Assembly: GCA_001643675.2 (NCBI GenBank)
Contig: LSRY02000064.1
Span: 310,001 to 374,000 of the forward strand
Length of the DNA: 64,000 nucleotides
Source: Monocercomonoides exilis PA203
Lineage: Eukaryota > Protista > Preaxostyla
Direction: 5' to 3'
Shown: piece by piece, positions 1 to 10,070 of the stretch
Layout of the letters: every line of letters starts with the position of its first letter
Numbering within the stretch: position 1 is the stretch's first letter
The notes under the pieces: generated by a model
Database searches by the model: none
The model's input: only the letters and a program-made list of their open reading frames with translations
Told to the model about the DNA's origin: nothing
Position numbers and translations under genes: made by a program

Positions 1-1026
1 AGAATTCTCCTTTGTGTCTCCACATCCTTGTTGTCGACGAACCCCAAAGTAGAACTGTTCAAAATGCTGCTGTCTTCAAAGTCATATTCCTCCCACTTTT
101 CTGCTTCTTCGCTTGCTTTTATCTGGCCATACAACACCCGCCGTCCGTAAGCAGAACGTTCCTGGGGCAGCACACCGCTAGATATAATTCTGCTTTTCGG
201 CTTTGGATTGTTCCCAATCGAGCGTGTGCTTGTTGTTGCACCTCCACTAGAAGCAGATCCTGCTGGCTTTGGAGTAAGTGGAGGCGGAGATACAAATTCC
301 TGCCCCTCTCCAATGATATTCTTTCCATCCTCTTCATCAAAATGTTTAAAAGAAGGGAAGAACTGCAAAAACGTTGGGATTTGCGTGATGTACAACTATT
401 TGAAAAATTAACCATTAAAAGAAGTAAATTTATTGCAAATACAACAATGTTATTCAAAATTCATTCAAAAATTTCTCATCTTCACTTTCACAAAAAAAAT
501 GAGCGGTCCTCAAAAAGGGGGGATAATAAAATAAATATCAATAATTTACATATCATTCAAACATATTCTTGTTCATGCGAGAAGTATTCAAATTTTTTGT
601 GATATCACAAACCTTTCCTCCAGATAAGTATCCAACCATCTGATTTGCATGTTGCGTCACAACTTGAGAAGCCAAAGTCAGAGTTTTCTTTCCTCGTGCT
701 TCACTTGCATCTACGGATTCTATTGAAATTCAATAACATTGAAGCTTCATTTCAAAAAAAGAAAAAAAATTCAAAATTTTCATACGACTGTCATAACATC
801 CAAGCTGTGAATTGTGATAAAATTCCATCTCCATAAGTTGTTGGTGACGTTTAATTCGACATTCTTTTAATCTTTCAAATTCATATGGAATGTGTGCTGG
901 TCGCAAAGGATACAAAAACATGCATAAATCTTCAAAATTCTCATTTAAAACAATGTCATATTCAGCAACAATTTCATCTTCATCATCTATAGTCTCCTCT
1001 ATTTTAATTTCTGGGTCAATATCCAT
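1..1026 (-). CDS. RPC5: RNA polymerase III subunit RPC5/C37 (Sin-like), 3'-partial, spliced
   Basis: N-terminus DEIVAEYDIVL...LCMFLYPLRP matches the RPC5 motif (DPVVxExxVxL...LxQYPxRP). Predicted introns 720-785 (GTATGA..ATAG) and 396-612 (GTTTGT..ATAG) join in frame to ...QMVGYLSGGK|LYITQIPTFLQFFPSFKHFD (family: YxVG...LHLTP...QxRPSFxYxD) and EEAEKW. The gene runs off the window edge. Confidence 0.8.
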
Positions 1027-1737
1027 TTTCGGTGTGCTGAAAGTGGTTTAAAACTTAATTCTATTTTTCACACCGATTTTTTCAACTGATGGTATTGATC
1101 AAAAAATAAATATTTATGAAATTCTTAAGAGTCCGAAGCAGAAAATGAAATATGCGAATGAATTCTACAATTTTCCTATAATTCATCATTTTTTAACATT
1201 TTTTCAACACTTGATTTATTGTTATTTTGAAAAGATGAATTGCAATTTCACATTTAGTCAAAATCGAATTCAATTCATATATTTCACGTGTTCAAAATTA
1301 GAGTCAATTTTGCCAATATTTCTTTAAAGATCAACACTGAAATCAGGTTGTTTTTATGTAAAAATAAACAAAAAAGACCAAATCATATTACAAAAATATT
1401 TTCTTTAAAAATGGAAAAAATTCAAGAAATGACAATAGCAAAAAAAGAATCGCAAAAGAAAGTATTTTGAGTTTGATAAACTTCACAAAAAAAGCAACCA
1501 AAGTGATTTCCAAAATCAGATCCCAGAATGCAAAGCGATATCAAGATAATTGTTCTAATCAAATTATTCCAACTGATAATCTTTGAATGCGTATGTTGAA
1601 TTTATATGGTTGTTCAGTAATTATCGTTATTTGATTGGATATATTAATGTTATAAAATTCTCCTTTATTTCAAAAAACCATTTCACTGTTTGGCGTTAAT
1701 CGCAAATGCAAATCAATTCATCCATTTTCTCTTGCTT

Positions 1738-3323
1738 TCATTCGATCAACAGAGCTATTGCTGTTTCCAGGTCTCTCTCTGCAACAAGATATGTCTGTAT
1801 CGCTCTTTCCCTGTCAATTCCTGTGCATTCTATTATTGCTCGAACATCGTTTTCTCCGTCTTCTCCCAAGTCAATCGCTTCTCCTCCTTCTTCCTCTGCT
1901 TCTCTTGTCCTCTCAGCTTCTTCTTCCCCCTCCACTCTAATGCGTTCGTCGTTTTCTTCTTGTTCTTTCTTTTCTTTCTCCTCTTTCTCCTCTTTTTTTC
2001 CCTCTTCTGCTTCCGCCCTTTCTTCTTCTCTTTGAGTTGCTTCACAACTGCTTTTGGTTTCTTCGTTCTTTTTTTCGTTGAAAGTGATATCGCTTTTTTT
2101 TCCTGCTTCACTCAAATTCTCAATCTCATCATCCTTATTTGTCTTCTTCTTGCTCTTATCCTTCTTGCTCTTCTTCTTTCTTGTCGATTCGCGTTCTCTT
2201 TTCCTTTTGCTTGTTGTTTTCTGAATTTCGAAGCTTTCTCTTTTTCCTTCTTTGCCATTTTCGTCTTCTTCATTATCATCAATTGATACAATAGTCCCCA
2301 TCTTTTTCAATTCAACGCTCCTATCTTTTGCAGCCGATGCAGCTTTCCTTATTCCTTCGATTAGCCGTCTTAATTCTTCTTCATCTCTTTCTTTCTCGCT
2401 AATTCCTTCTCTTTCTGAAATCCCATTTAAATTTCTGTGATCGACAAGTCCTTCTTCTCCTTTCTCCATTCTTTCTGCTTGTGCATTTATGGTTTCTTCT
2501 ATTTCTTTTGTCTTTTTAATTTCGCTTATTTCTCTCAAACGCGACAGAACATCAAATATCACTCTTGCATTTCCTTCATCTTGATTTTGATCATTCTCAT
2601 CTTCTTCCTTTTCTTCTTTGAATAAATTGTATGAAACATAACCTTTTTGCGTATTCTTTCTATATTTATTCCAAAGCTCTTTTTCCTCTCTTCTGAAGCC
2701 CTTCCACACTTTCCATTTCCTTGATTCTTCTTCTTCAAAGCATTCTTCAAATGGTTGATCTTGACTGTCTTCGGTAACTTTTTCCTCACAAACATCGATT
2801 TCATTTTCCATACTAAGTTTTGACGTTTCATGCATACTGTTCTTTTCTGTGCTGTTTAGTTTTATTTGTTCATCATTTATTTCGTCATCTTCATCATCAC
2901 TGTTTGATGAATCATCCGAAAAAGATGACGAGCCAGATTCTGAATAAAGTTTCTTTGCTGTTTCGATTTTTGATTCTTCCTTAATATAAAAGCATTTTGA
3001 AAATGTGCCAAAAATTTAAAAAATAAAATATTAAAGTTTGCAAACAAAATCTTCAAATGCAACAATAACTCCATAATCTTTCTATAATTACAATAGTTTG
3101 TTTATGACAATGTCGATGCTATTAATTTTAAAAAGCAAACGATATGTATATCTTGAAACGTTTCATTAACGCCGACAGTTTTTCCGTTAAAATAATATTT
3201 CAAATTCTCGCAAGCATCGCCTGTTTCTTCTCTCAAGACCAATGAAAGTCCATATACTTTTTCCTCTTCTCGTATATTTGCGCAAATGCTGCCTCCTCCG
3301 AATTGTCGAACTATAATTTTCAT
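1738..3323 (-). CDS. UBL-UBA protein (Rad23/Dsk2-like ubiquitin shuttle architecture), ~486 aa
   Basis: Exon 1 (3141-3323) MKIIVRQFGGGSICANIREEEKV...LKYYFNGKTVGVNETFQDIHI aligns to the ubiquitin fold. Introns 3082-3140 and 2980-3045 (both GTTTGC..AG) join in frame to ORF 1738-2835. The C-terminus DVRAIIECTGIDRERAIQTYLVAERDLETAIALL is a UBA domain resembling Rad23 UBA2. The middle is E/K-rich. Confidence 0.7.
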
Positions 3324-3636
3324 CAAGTTATTCAAGAAATATACCCAATATATTATTATTCGAAATTTTTTCAGTTTTTGATTTCAAAAAAACAAAATCT
3401 ATTCAAGTGTCTCTTTATGATAATTCAAAAAAAGAAAATATAATTGAGTGCAATGTATTCGTATAACATACTGTTAACTGTTTTTTAATAGTCCTATAAT
3501 TCTTTTATCTTTTTTATTGCCTCTTTCAGATACTGATTTTTTCTGTCAAAAAACTTCGATAAAGACATGTAATTGTTGCCGAAAAACAAATATTCCATCA
3601 ATGTGAATTTTCAACTCTTTTCTGATGAATTCATAT

Positions 3637-3891
3637 GGGTCATTATTTTTGAAATCATAACTTTTTTCGGGTTGCAGATTTTTCAAACTTTGTTTATCAT
3701 TGTGAAGAGCTTTTGAAATAAGATGCTCAATTTATCACAACTGTTTTAAAAATTTATGATTTATCTGAAAAAAAGAAAAAATTTCTTTATAGTGCTTTTT
3801 TACTTTTCAGTGATCATTAATCCATATTTTTTGGGAAATTTTTGAACCGAAAATTTTTAATGAAAAAAAATGATTTCATAAATAATTACCC
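3637..3891. mobile_element. MITE family A copy 1 (~255 bp)
   Basis: Left end AT|GGGTCATTATTTTTGAAATCA, right end TGATTTCATAAATAATTACCC|AT. A diverged homologue lies at 41381-41846. Confidence 0.75.
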
Positions 3892-3898
3892 ATATTAT

Positions 3899-4137
3899 GG
3901 GTGATTCTTTTTGAAAAGTCACAAATGTTTAATTCTCAATAAAATCAAAATTTCAAATTTTACTTAATATTTTGTTTACAAATGTCAAACTTCACTTAAA
4001 TGGAATCCATAACTTGATAATGCTATTTCAAACATTCTTAAGGAGATTAGTGAGCTGAAACAGAGATTTGAGCAAAACATGAAATTTGAGATTTATTTGA
4101 AATTTAAACATTTGTGACTTTTTAGAAAGAATCACCC
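3899..4137. mobile_element. MITE with related TIRs (~239 bp), 7 bp from the previous element
   Basis: Left AT|GGGTGATTCTTTTTGAAAAGTCACAAATGTTTAA, right TTAAACATTTGTGACTTTTTAGAAAGAATCACCC|AT: ~34-bp TIRs with 2 mismatches. Confidence 0.8.
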
Positions 4138-4831
4138 ATATTCAAATGTGTGATTTTTTTTATTCTGTATTTTCTCTTTCAAAATTTTCTGTTACAGAAT
4201 TCACTTTAAATTTTAACAAATGAATTTAAAAAAATTATCTCTCCTTTGAAAGATAATTTTTTATGAATAAAATATCAAATATCGAGATTTTAAAAAATTA
4301 TTACACTTTTTTCCTTCATTAAATTTTAATTTCTTTCTTAAAAAACAAAATCTAAGAAGAATCAAAGCTCCGGAAAAAATAATAATTTCAAAAATTTCCA
4401 CCCAAATAATATTTTATTTATCAAAAATATCGGTAAAAAAATATCGGTTGAATGTGTTTCTATTAATACTTGAAAGAAATAAACATTTATCGAAAAGGTG
4501 TTGACTTTCTTGTATATCAAACACTGTATTTTAAAGTTCTCGCATCGGAGTCAACTTTTAGTAACAAAATTTCTTGTTAAAAAAATAAAGAATCCTTCTT
4601 ATTATCAAAACCAGGAATATTTTTGATAAAAAAATGTCAAACATATCATTTGTCAAAGAAAATTTCATTGTTGATAAATGTATGTTGCTATACGGTTATT
4701 TCAAAAACCAACAATTCAAAAAAAAAAAAAAAAGGGAACAAATTGAAAAATGTTTTAAAAGTTAAAAATTTTGATTCATTTTTAAAATTTCTGACCTTTT
4801 TTCAAATGTTATTTTCTTTCTGAAAGAACAT

Positions 4832-5038
4832 GGCTGATCCTTTTTGAAATCAGGTTAATGTTCGAATTTTGATTGAAAAGAATATTTTTCATTGGGATAA
4901 TGAAAAATTGAACGAAAACAGTTAAAAAATACAGCTCATTATGATGTTGAAAAAATGAAAATATTTGTCAAAAATTCCATTGAGATCAAAAATTTGATCA
5001 AATCTCGAACGAAAGAATGATTGCATAAAGGATGACCC
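4832..5038. mobile_element. MITE family B copy 1 (~207 bp)
   Basis: AT|GGCTGATCCTTTTTGAAATCA...TGATTGCATAAAGGATGACCC|AT. Its reverse complement aligns along the full length with 41574-41779. Confidence 0.75.
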
Positions 5039-5076
5039 ATATTTTGCTTTTGATTTTTCCTCCGAATTCAACACAT

Positions 5077-5343
5077 GGGACAAAATATTTGACTGCAGGC
5101 ATTTTCATTGAAAAATTTTGAATCTGAGATGATCTTTTTGTGATCAAAAATATGAAAAAAAAGGGTTTATTTACAGAAATACATGTGATGTCACACAACA
5201 TAATGTCATTATATCAATGACGTTTGCTTTCAGAGCGGAAAATAAAATTTTTTTGGGAATCTGGTTTTGTTAAAAAATGTAATAAGTTATACAATTTTTT
5301 CATGCTTTGTGCCTTAAAAGCTTGAAAGTCCGTTTTTTCCCCC
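5077..5343. mobile_element. MITE family C copy 1 (~267 bp)
   Basis: Starts AT|GGGACAAAATATTTGAC and ends GCTTGAAAGTCCGTTTTTTCCCCC. Colinear with 42098-42364 and inverted relative to 5462-5729. Confidence 0.7.
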
Positions 5344-5461
5344 ACATTTGCTGCTGTCATTGGATTTTTCAAATTTCTCACTTTGGAAGCTCCAAATTCA
5401 ACAGGTTAGATCTGGTTAAACGAACGATAGGGTGGAACAACTTTTGTGGGTATCAATAAAT

Positions 5462-5729
5462 GGGGGAAAATACGGACTTTCAAGCTTTTTTTGCACATGG
5501 AATAGAAAAATAACTTCGTTCATATCTTTATTTCGCTTTCTCAGATTTCAAAATAAATTAGATTTTCATAACTGTAAACAAACATTATTGATGAAATAAC
5601 AAAATGTTTTGTGACCTCACATGCATTTCAAAAAATAAACCAATTTCTGTTGTGTTTTTTAATCTCAAAAAATCAATGAAAAGTGCATAATTTTTCAATG
5701 GAAATGCATGAAGTCAAATATTTTAACCC
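5462..5729. mobile_element. MITE family C copy 2 (opposite orientation to copy 1)
   Basis: AT|GGGGGAAAATACGGACTTTCAAGC...GAAGTCAAATATTTTAACCC. Its reverse complement aligns with 5077-5343 and 42098-42364. Confidence 0.75.
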
Positions 5730-6055
5730 AAATGTTATATTGCAAGTTTCTTCATCGATCAACTTATTTTCTGTTTTCAAAGAAAGTGGACTTGTGAATG
5801 ATATTCGTAAAACTCCTTCAACAGCGCAGTGTTTTGAATGAAAGCTTCGAAAAAAGAATCGAAATTGTGAAATTGTATAACAAATCATTGCCACTTTCAT
5901 ATATTAGATAAATAAGACAGACGAAGGGAGGGGAATGGGGAATAATGAACATCGATAGAATGTCAGCTTATTTTGGACTTCCGAAATAGATTTTTGTTTT
6001 TGAACAATTGATATGTCGAAGAGTTTTTTTTTCATTCGTATTAAATCACTCATTT

Positions 6056-6233
6056 GTGGCAAAATATTTTCTTTAATGAGTAAAACAAAAATTTGTTCCA
6101 AATTTTTTCTCCAACCTTATCATTGTAAGTCTTCCATTCCCATGTCAAAAATTTACAGAAAAATTCCAAAATTGAGACAAATATTTGTTTGAGCAGAATG
6201 GAACAAAATTCATAAAGCAAAATTTTTCGTCCC
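6056..6233. mobile_element. MITE family D copy 1 (~178 bp)
   Basis: Inverted homologue of 6801-6979 (e.g. AGAATGGAACAAAATTCATAAAGCAAA vs TTTGCTTTATGAATTTTGTTCCATTCT). Ends GTCCC|AT. Confidence 0.6.
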
Positions 6234-6403
6234 ATTTCAAAACAATATGACAAAATTAACAAAATATTCACAAATCTTTTCCGAGAATTGTATGTTTCAA
6301 AAAGAATTAACATTTTGCAAGAACAGTGAATATCCGAATATATTTGCACCATATAATTTAAAAATCTTTTGAAATTGATTGTGGAATGATCAAAAAACAA
6401 ATA

Positions 6404-6799
6404 CAGATATCGCATGAAATACCGGACATCGCACAAAATACCGGACAAGATTGATTTCACAAAAACCGCAAGAGGAATAACTCTGACAATTTTCCTCAGA
6501 ATATCTCTCATTAATGCAAACTCAATTGATATACAAAACTTTCAAAGCAGCTTCATTTGTGCTCAGAGAAAATTATTTTTAAAATCTCGGAGAATCTCAA
6601 TAACCTATATTTCCGAGATTTCGATATTAGTTTTTTCAAAGCACAAATGAAGCTATTTTGAAAGTTTTGCATATCAAATGAGTTTGTATTGATGAGATAT
6701 ATTTTGAGGAAAATTATCAGAATTTTTCTTCTTGCAGTTATTGTGAAATCGATCTTGTCCTGTATTTTGTGCGATGTCCGGCATTTCATGCGATATCTG
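6404..6799. mobile_element. Foldback/palindromic MITE (396 bp), Tc1/mariner-like termini
   Basis: Almost the whole element is an imperfect palindrome centred near 6601: TA|CAGATATCGCATGAAATACCGGACATCGCACAAAATACCGGACAAG...CTTGTCCTGTATTTTGTGCGATGTCCGGCATTTCATGCGATATCTG. It carries a subterminal direct repeat AAATACCGGACA x2. The right flank is TG rather than TA. Confidence 0.8.
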
Positions 6800-6800
6800 T

Positions 6801-6979
6801 GTGGCAGGATATTCTTTGCTTTATGAATTTTGTTCCATTCTTCACTTTCAAATATTTTCTCATTTTTCTAAATTTTTTTTCTTTTTTCGAAATGAGAATG
6901 AAAGACATATCATGATAAGGTTGTGGAAAAAGTTTGGAACAAATTGTTATTTTTTTTATAAATAAAAGAATTATGCCCC
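6801..6979. mobile_element. MITE family D copy 2 (inverted relative to copy 1)
   Basis: Ends AAAAGAATTATGCCCC|AT, aligns in reverse with 6056-6233, and abuts the foldback element. Confidence 0.6.
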
Positions 6980-7185
6980 ATATCAACATTTTTATTAAGA
7001 TACAACAAAGATCGTCAATTTCGTTATTGTTTTTATTTACAAGATTGATTTTGAAAATATTTGCAATTAACATTGAAAAGATATCATTTTCATTTCGAAG
7101 ATAAAGAAAGAAGTTTAGATTTTTCAATTGTATCGAAAATGAATTTCAATCAATTTTAATATTACCTAAACAATTTATTAACAGA

Positions 7186-8640
7186 ATGAACGTTTATGAT
7201 GATGGAATACAAGAAGAAAACCTTGTTGATAAGTTTTGGGGTTTGTTCATTTCTATCTGTTTTCAGAAAAAAAAATTTGCCCATTTTTTTCTTGCTTTTT
7301 TTTTAAGAATTATTCTCTGAACTAGAATATAGCAATAAAATTGAACAGAAACAGAAAATCGAAGAAATGAATAAAGTGATTTGTGAAATTGGAAGAGATG
7401 AATTATTTTATATTTTCACAAAAGAATTGTTCTGCAAAATCGAGGGATTTATCGAAGAAGAGAAACTGACGATGGAGAATGCTATTTTATTGTTGAAGCA
7501 TGTGGGATATTACAATGTACTGAAAACTATATGGATTGATGGTTTTGAAACGTCTTCTTTGGACAAGAGAATTGAAAAGATGATAGTTGCAGAAGAGAAG
7601 AAAAAAGAAGGAAAGAATGAAAATCTTTTGGTTGATCTTTGCGAGTGCTATCTTTTGCTTAACAACAGACTTTCTTCAAAATTAATATCGATTTGCGTGT
7701 CTTGCATTGTGAAAGTTGGATTGAAGAAAGAGGAAAAAGAGAGAACCCAAAAAGAAGAAGAAATTGCGTTTTTAGCTTTGAATCATTATGCATTTCCGGG
7801 AGTTTGAGAATTTCGATCAGTTTCGTTGTATTTGTTTATTTCCAATTTTTTTTTATAAATTAGTCTATCGAACAAGAATTGCTTCTGAATGCAATTAAGA
7901 AGATAATCCAATGTCATCAGGAGCATCATGACCTAACTCAATTTGTGTACCAGTCTGCTTGGGATCTTTTGATTGGACGATTGAATCCCAATAAATCTTT
8001 GGAAGGTATCATTGTAGATGAACTGCATTTTCCTCGGGAAGCAAAAAGAGAATTGGAAGTGCTGTCAAAATGTGTTGAATGGAAGAGAACTGAAGAAGAG
8101 AAAGGAGGAAAAGAAACAAAAGAAGAGCAAATTTTATTGAGATGGCTGCGGACTTTGAACCGTTTCTTGGACTCGACCTTATTGTGGAGCGAAGAACATT
8201 CAGAGCTTATCAGATGCGTTGTCCAGATATTTAGAGTTTCAAGGGATAATCACAGAGAAATTAGCAAGCTATGCATTCATTCATTAAGAGAAGTTGCTGC
8301 GAGCAAAGCTGTAAAAGCTGAAACTTTGTTGGAATGTGAAGCTATTGATGTGATTTTGGAGGAGATTCTCCAGTCAACATTAAGCAATTCCATGAAATGT
8401 GATTATTTGAGAATATTTTTGGAGCTAACAGGAAAATTGAGAGAGGAGCAGGATGATGAAATCAAAGAAGCGAAAAGAAAGGCAACCAAAAGAAAAGTGT
8501 TTGAAAAGATGGAAAAAGAAGGATATGAAGATATCATTACAAGCTTTCAATTTATGCTTGAAATATTATCGACGGATTTTGATTTGGTAAGAGGGAACAT
8601 AGCGACCGGTATTTTTTTGTTATTTTGCGAAATTAAATAA
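7186..8640 (+). CDS. Helical E/K/L-rich protein of a lineage-expanded family; C-terminus disrupted by the Merlin insertion
   Basis: ATG at 7186. Introns 7241-7307 (GTTTGT..TAAG) and 7802-7863 (GTTTGA..TTAG) join ORFs 7367-7807 and 7879-8640 in frame. Motifs ENAILLLKHVGY, LLVDLCECYLLL, EEEIAFLAL and KVFEKMEKEGYEDII recall a multicopy oxymonad family (recognition from memory, unverified). The last 18 aa come from the transposon; the original end resumes at 10079-10121. Confidence 0.7.
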
Positions 8641-10070
8641 TTTATTTGAACACAATATGATATAATGATTTCGTTCGATGAGTTTTTTTTGATATTTAAT
8701 TGTTGAAAATAAATGATAAAAATCAATAAAAACTCAATTTTCCCATTACAAAAATAATAAATTTGTGCACAAATTGTTAACAATTAAATTTGATATAATA
8801 TATAACAAAATTAAATAAATGATTAATTGATTGATTTCTGTTCAATGTCAACAAGCATCAACGATTCGAAAAAGGATATTGCAGATTTGAATGATAAATT
8901 TTCTTGTGTTTCATGTTCATTTGATTGGCTCATCAAGAATGTGCTGAACGTCGTCAAAAAAAAATGCCCGAGATGTTTTAATAAAATGTACATTTATTCA
9001 AGATCAGAAACAAGAAAACAATACAGATGTGCAAAATGCGATAAATCGATCAGTTTATTTGAAAATACGTCATTCTTTAACACGAAAATACCATTGAACA
9101 AACTGCTCAGAATCATTTTGTATTATTGTTTGAAATTGAATATCACTCAAACAAGTATTCTCCTTGACACCAACAGAAAAACCGTCAGTTTCTGGTATTC
9201 TCAATGTCGTTCTATTTCTTCGACAATCACATTTCAGAATTTTCAACCAATTGGAGGTGATGGTGAAATTGTAGAAATTGACGAGGCTATCCTGAGAAGG
9301 AGAAAATTCCACAAGGGTCGAAAAAAATCAAAAATATGGCTTTTCGGAGGTATTGAAAGAAAAAGCGAAAAATGTGGAGGAAGATTCTTTATTGTTAGGG
9401 TCAAAAATAGAAAAAAAGACACCTTGCTTCCCATCATCCAAGCAAATATAAAACCCAAGACAATGATTTACAGTGACGAATGGCGTGCTTATAATTGCTT
9501 ATCAGAATTCAATTATTCACATTTATCGGTTTGCCATAAATATAATTTCAAGAATCCTCTTTCAGGGGTCTGCACGAACGGAATAGAGGGATTATGGTCC
9601 AGATTTCGCCAATATTTACCAAAAACAGGAGTTAACAATAAGTTTATTGATGACTACATTGCAAGTTACATGTTCCATTCCTCACGAAAATACTCCTTCA
9701 TTGATTTTGTCAAAAAAATTATATTTACTGTACCAAAAGAAGAAGAAAGCGATGATAGTGACTCAAATGAATCAGAAAGTGAAGACGAATCATTGACTCC
9801 ATTAGTTGATGATCTTGTTTCATCAACTGAAAGTGACATATATGGAGCTGGCGATGGTGAACCTGCATCGGAATATGCAGAATTTTCATGAAAAATAACA
9901 GATCTTGACAATAATTTTTTTTTGAAACATTGAATTCAATCAATTTTTTTTGCACTTTATTTTCAAAAAAACAAAGTATAATCATGTTCTTCATTTGTCT
10001 GTGTTTCTTATCCATGAAAAAATAAACGAAAAACACTCACTTTTTACCGGTCGCTATCTGCCCACTTACC
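8586..10070 (+). mobile_element. Complete Merlin (IS1016/IS1595-family) DNA transposon, 1485 bp
   Basis: Left TIR GGTAAGAGGGAACATAGCGACCGGTA (8586-8611) vs right TIR reverse complement GGTAAGTGGGCAGATAGCGACCGGTA (10045-10070), 23/26 identical. Perfect 8-bp TSD TTTGATTT at 8578-8585 and 10071-10078. GG termini and 8-9-bp TSDs are typical of Merlin. Confidence 0.95.
8845..9891 (+). CDS. Merlin/ISXO2-like DDE transposase (348 aa from the ATG at 8845)
   Basis: Zn ribbon CPRC...CAKC, an HTH-like region, and catalytic motifs IGGDGEIVEIDE, WLFGGIER, IYSDEWRAY, HLSVCH...TNGIEGLW. Uninterrupted and intronless, with an acidic C-terminal tail. Confidence 0.95.
   Translation: MSTSINDSKKDIADLNDKFSCVSCSFDWLIKNVLNVVKKKCPRCFNKMYIYSRSETRKQYRCAKCDKSISLFENTSFFNTKIPLNKLLRIILYYCLKLNITQTSILLDTNRKTVSFWYSQCRSISSTITFQNFQPIGGDGEIVEIDEAILRRRKFHKGRKKSKIWLFGGIERKSEKCGGRFFIVRVKNRKKDTLLPIIQANIKPKTMIYSDEWRAYNCLSEFNYSHLSVCHKYNFKNPLSGVCTNGIEGLWSRFRQYLPKTGVNNKFIDDYIASYMFHSSRKYSFIDFVKKIIFTVPKEEESDDSDSNESESEDESLTPLVDDLVSSTESDIYGAGDGEPASEYAEFS

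Noticed and set aside
6414-6789. Two similar 78-aa ORFs on opposite strands
   Set aside because: Artefact of the palindromic MITE at 6404-6799; no coding signature.
3637-6979. MITEs as non-autonomous partners of the nearby Merlin
   Set aside because: Their TIRs are unrelated to GGTAAG..., and the copy checked (3637-3891) has no 8-bp TSD; the flanks are AT dinucleotides.
3400-7200. CRISPR-like repeat-spacer array
   Set aside because: The repeats are inverted termini of 180-400-bp elements, not regularly spaced direct repeats, and no cas genes are present.
8845-9891. Bacterial IS1595 indicating contamination or a bacterial contig
   Set aside because: It is inserted with a TSD into an intron-containing eukaryotic gene, and the IGGxGxxVEIDE, WxFGGIER and SDxWRAY motifs fit eukaryotic Merlin.
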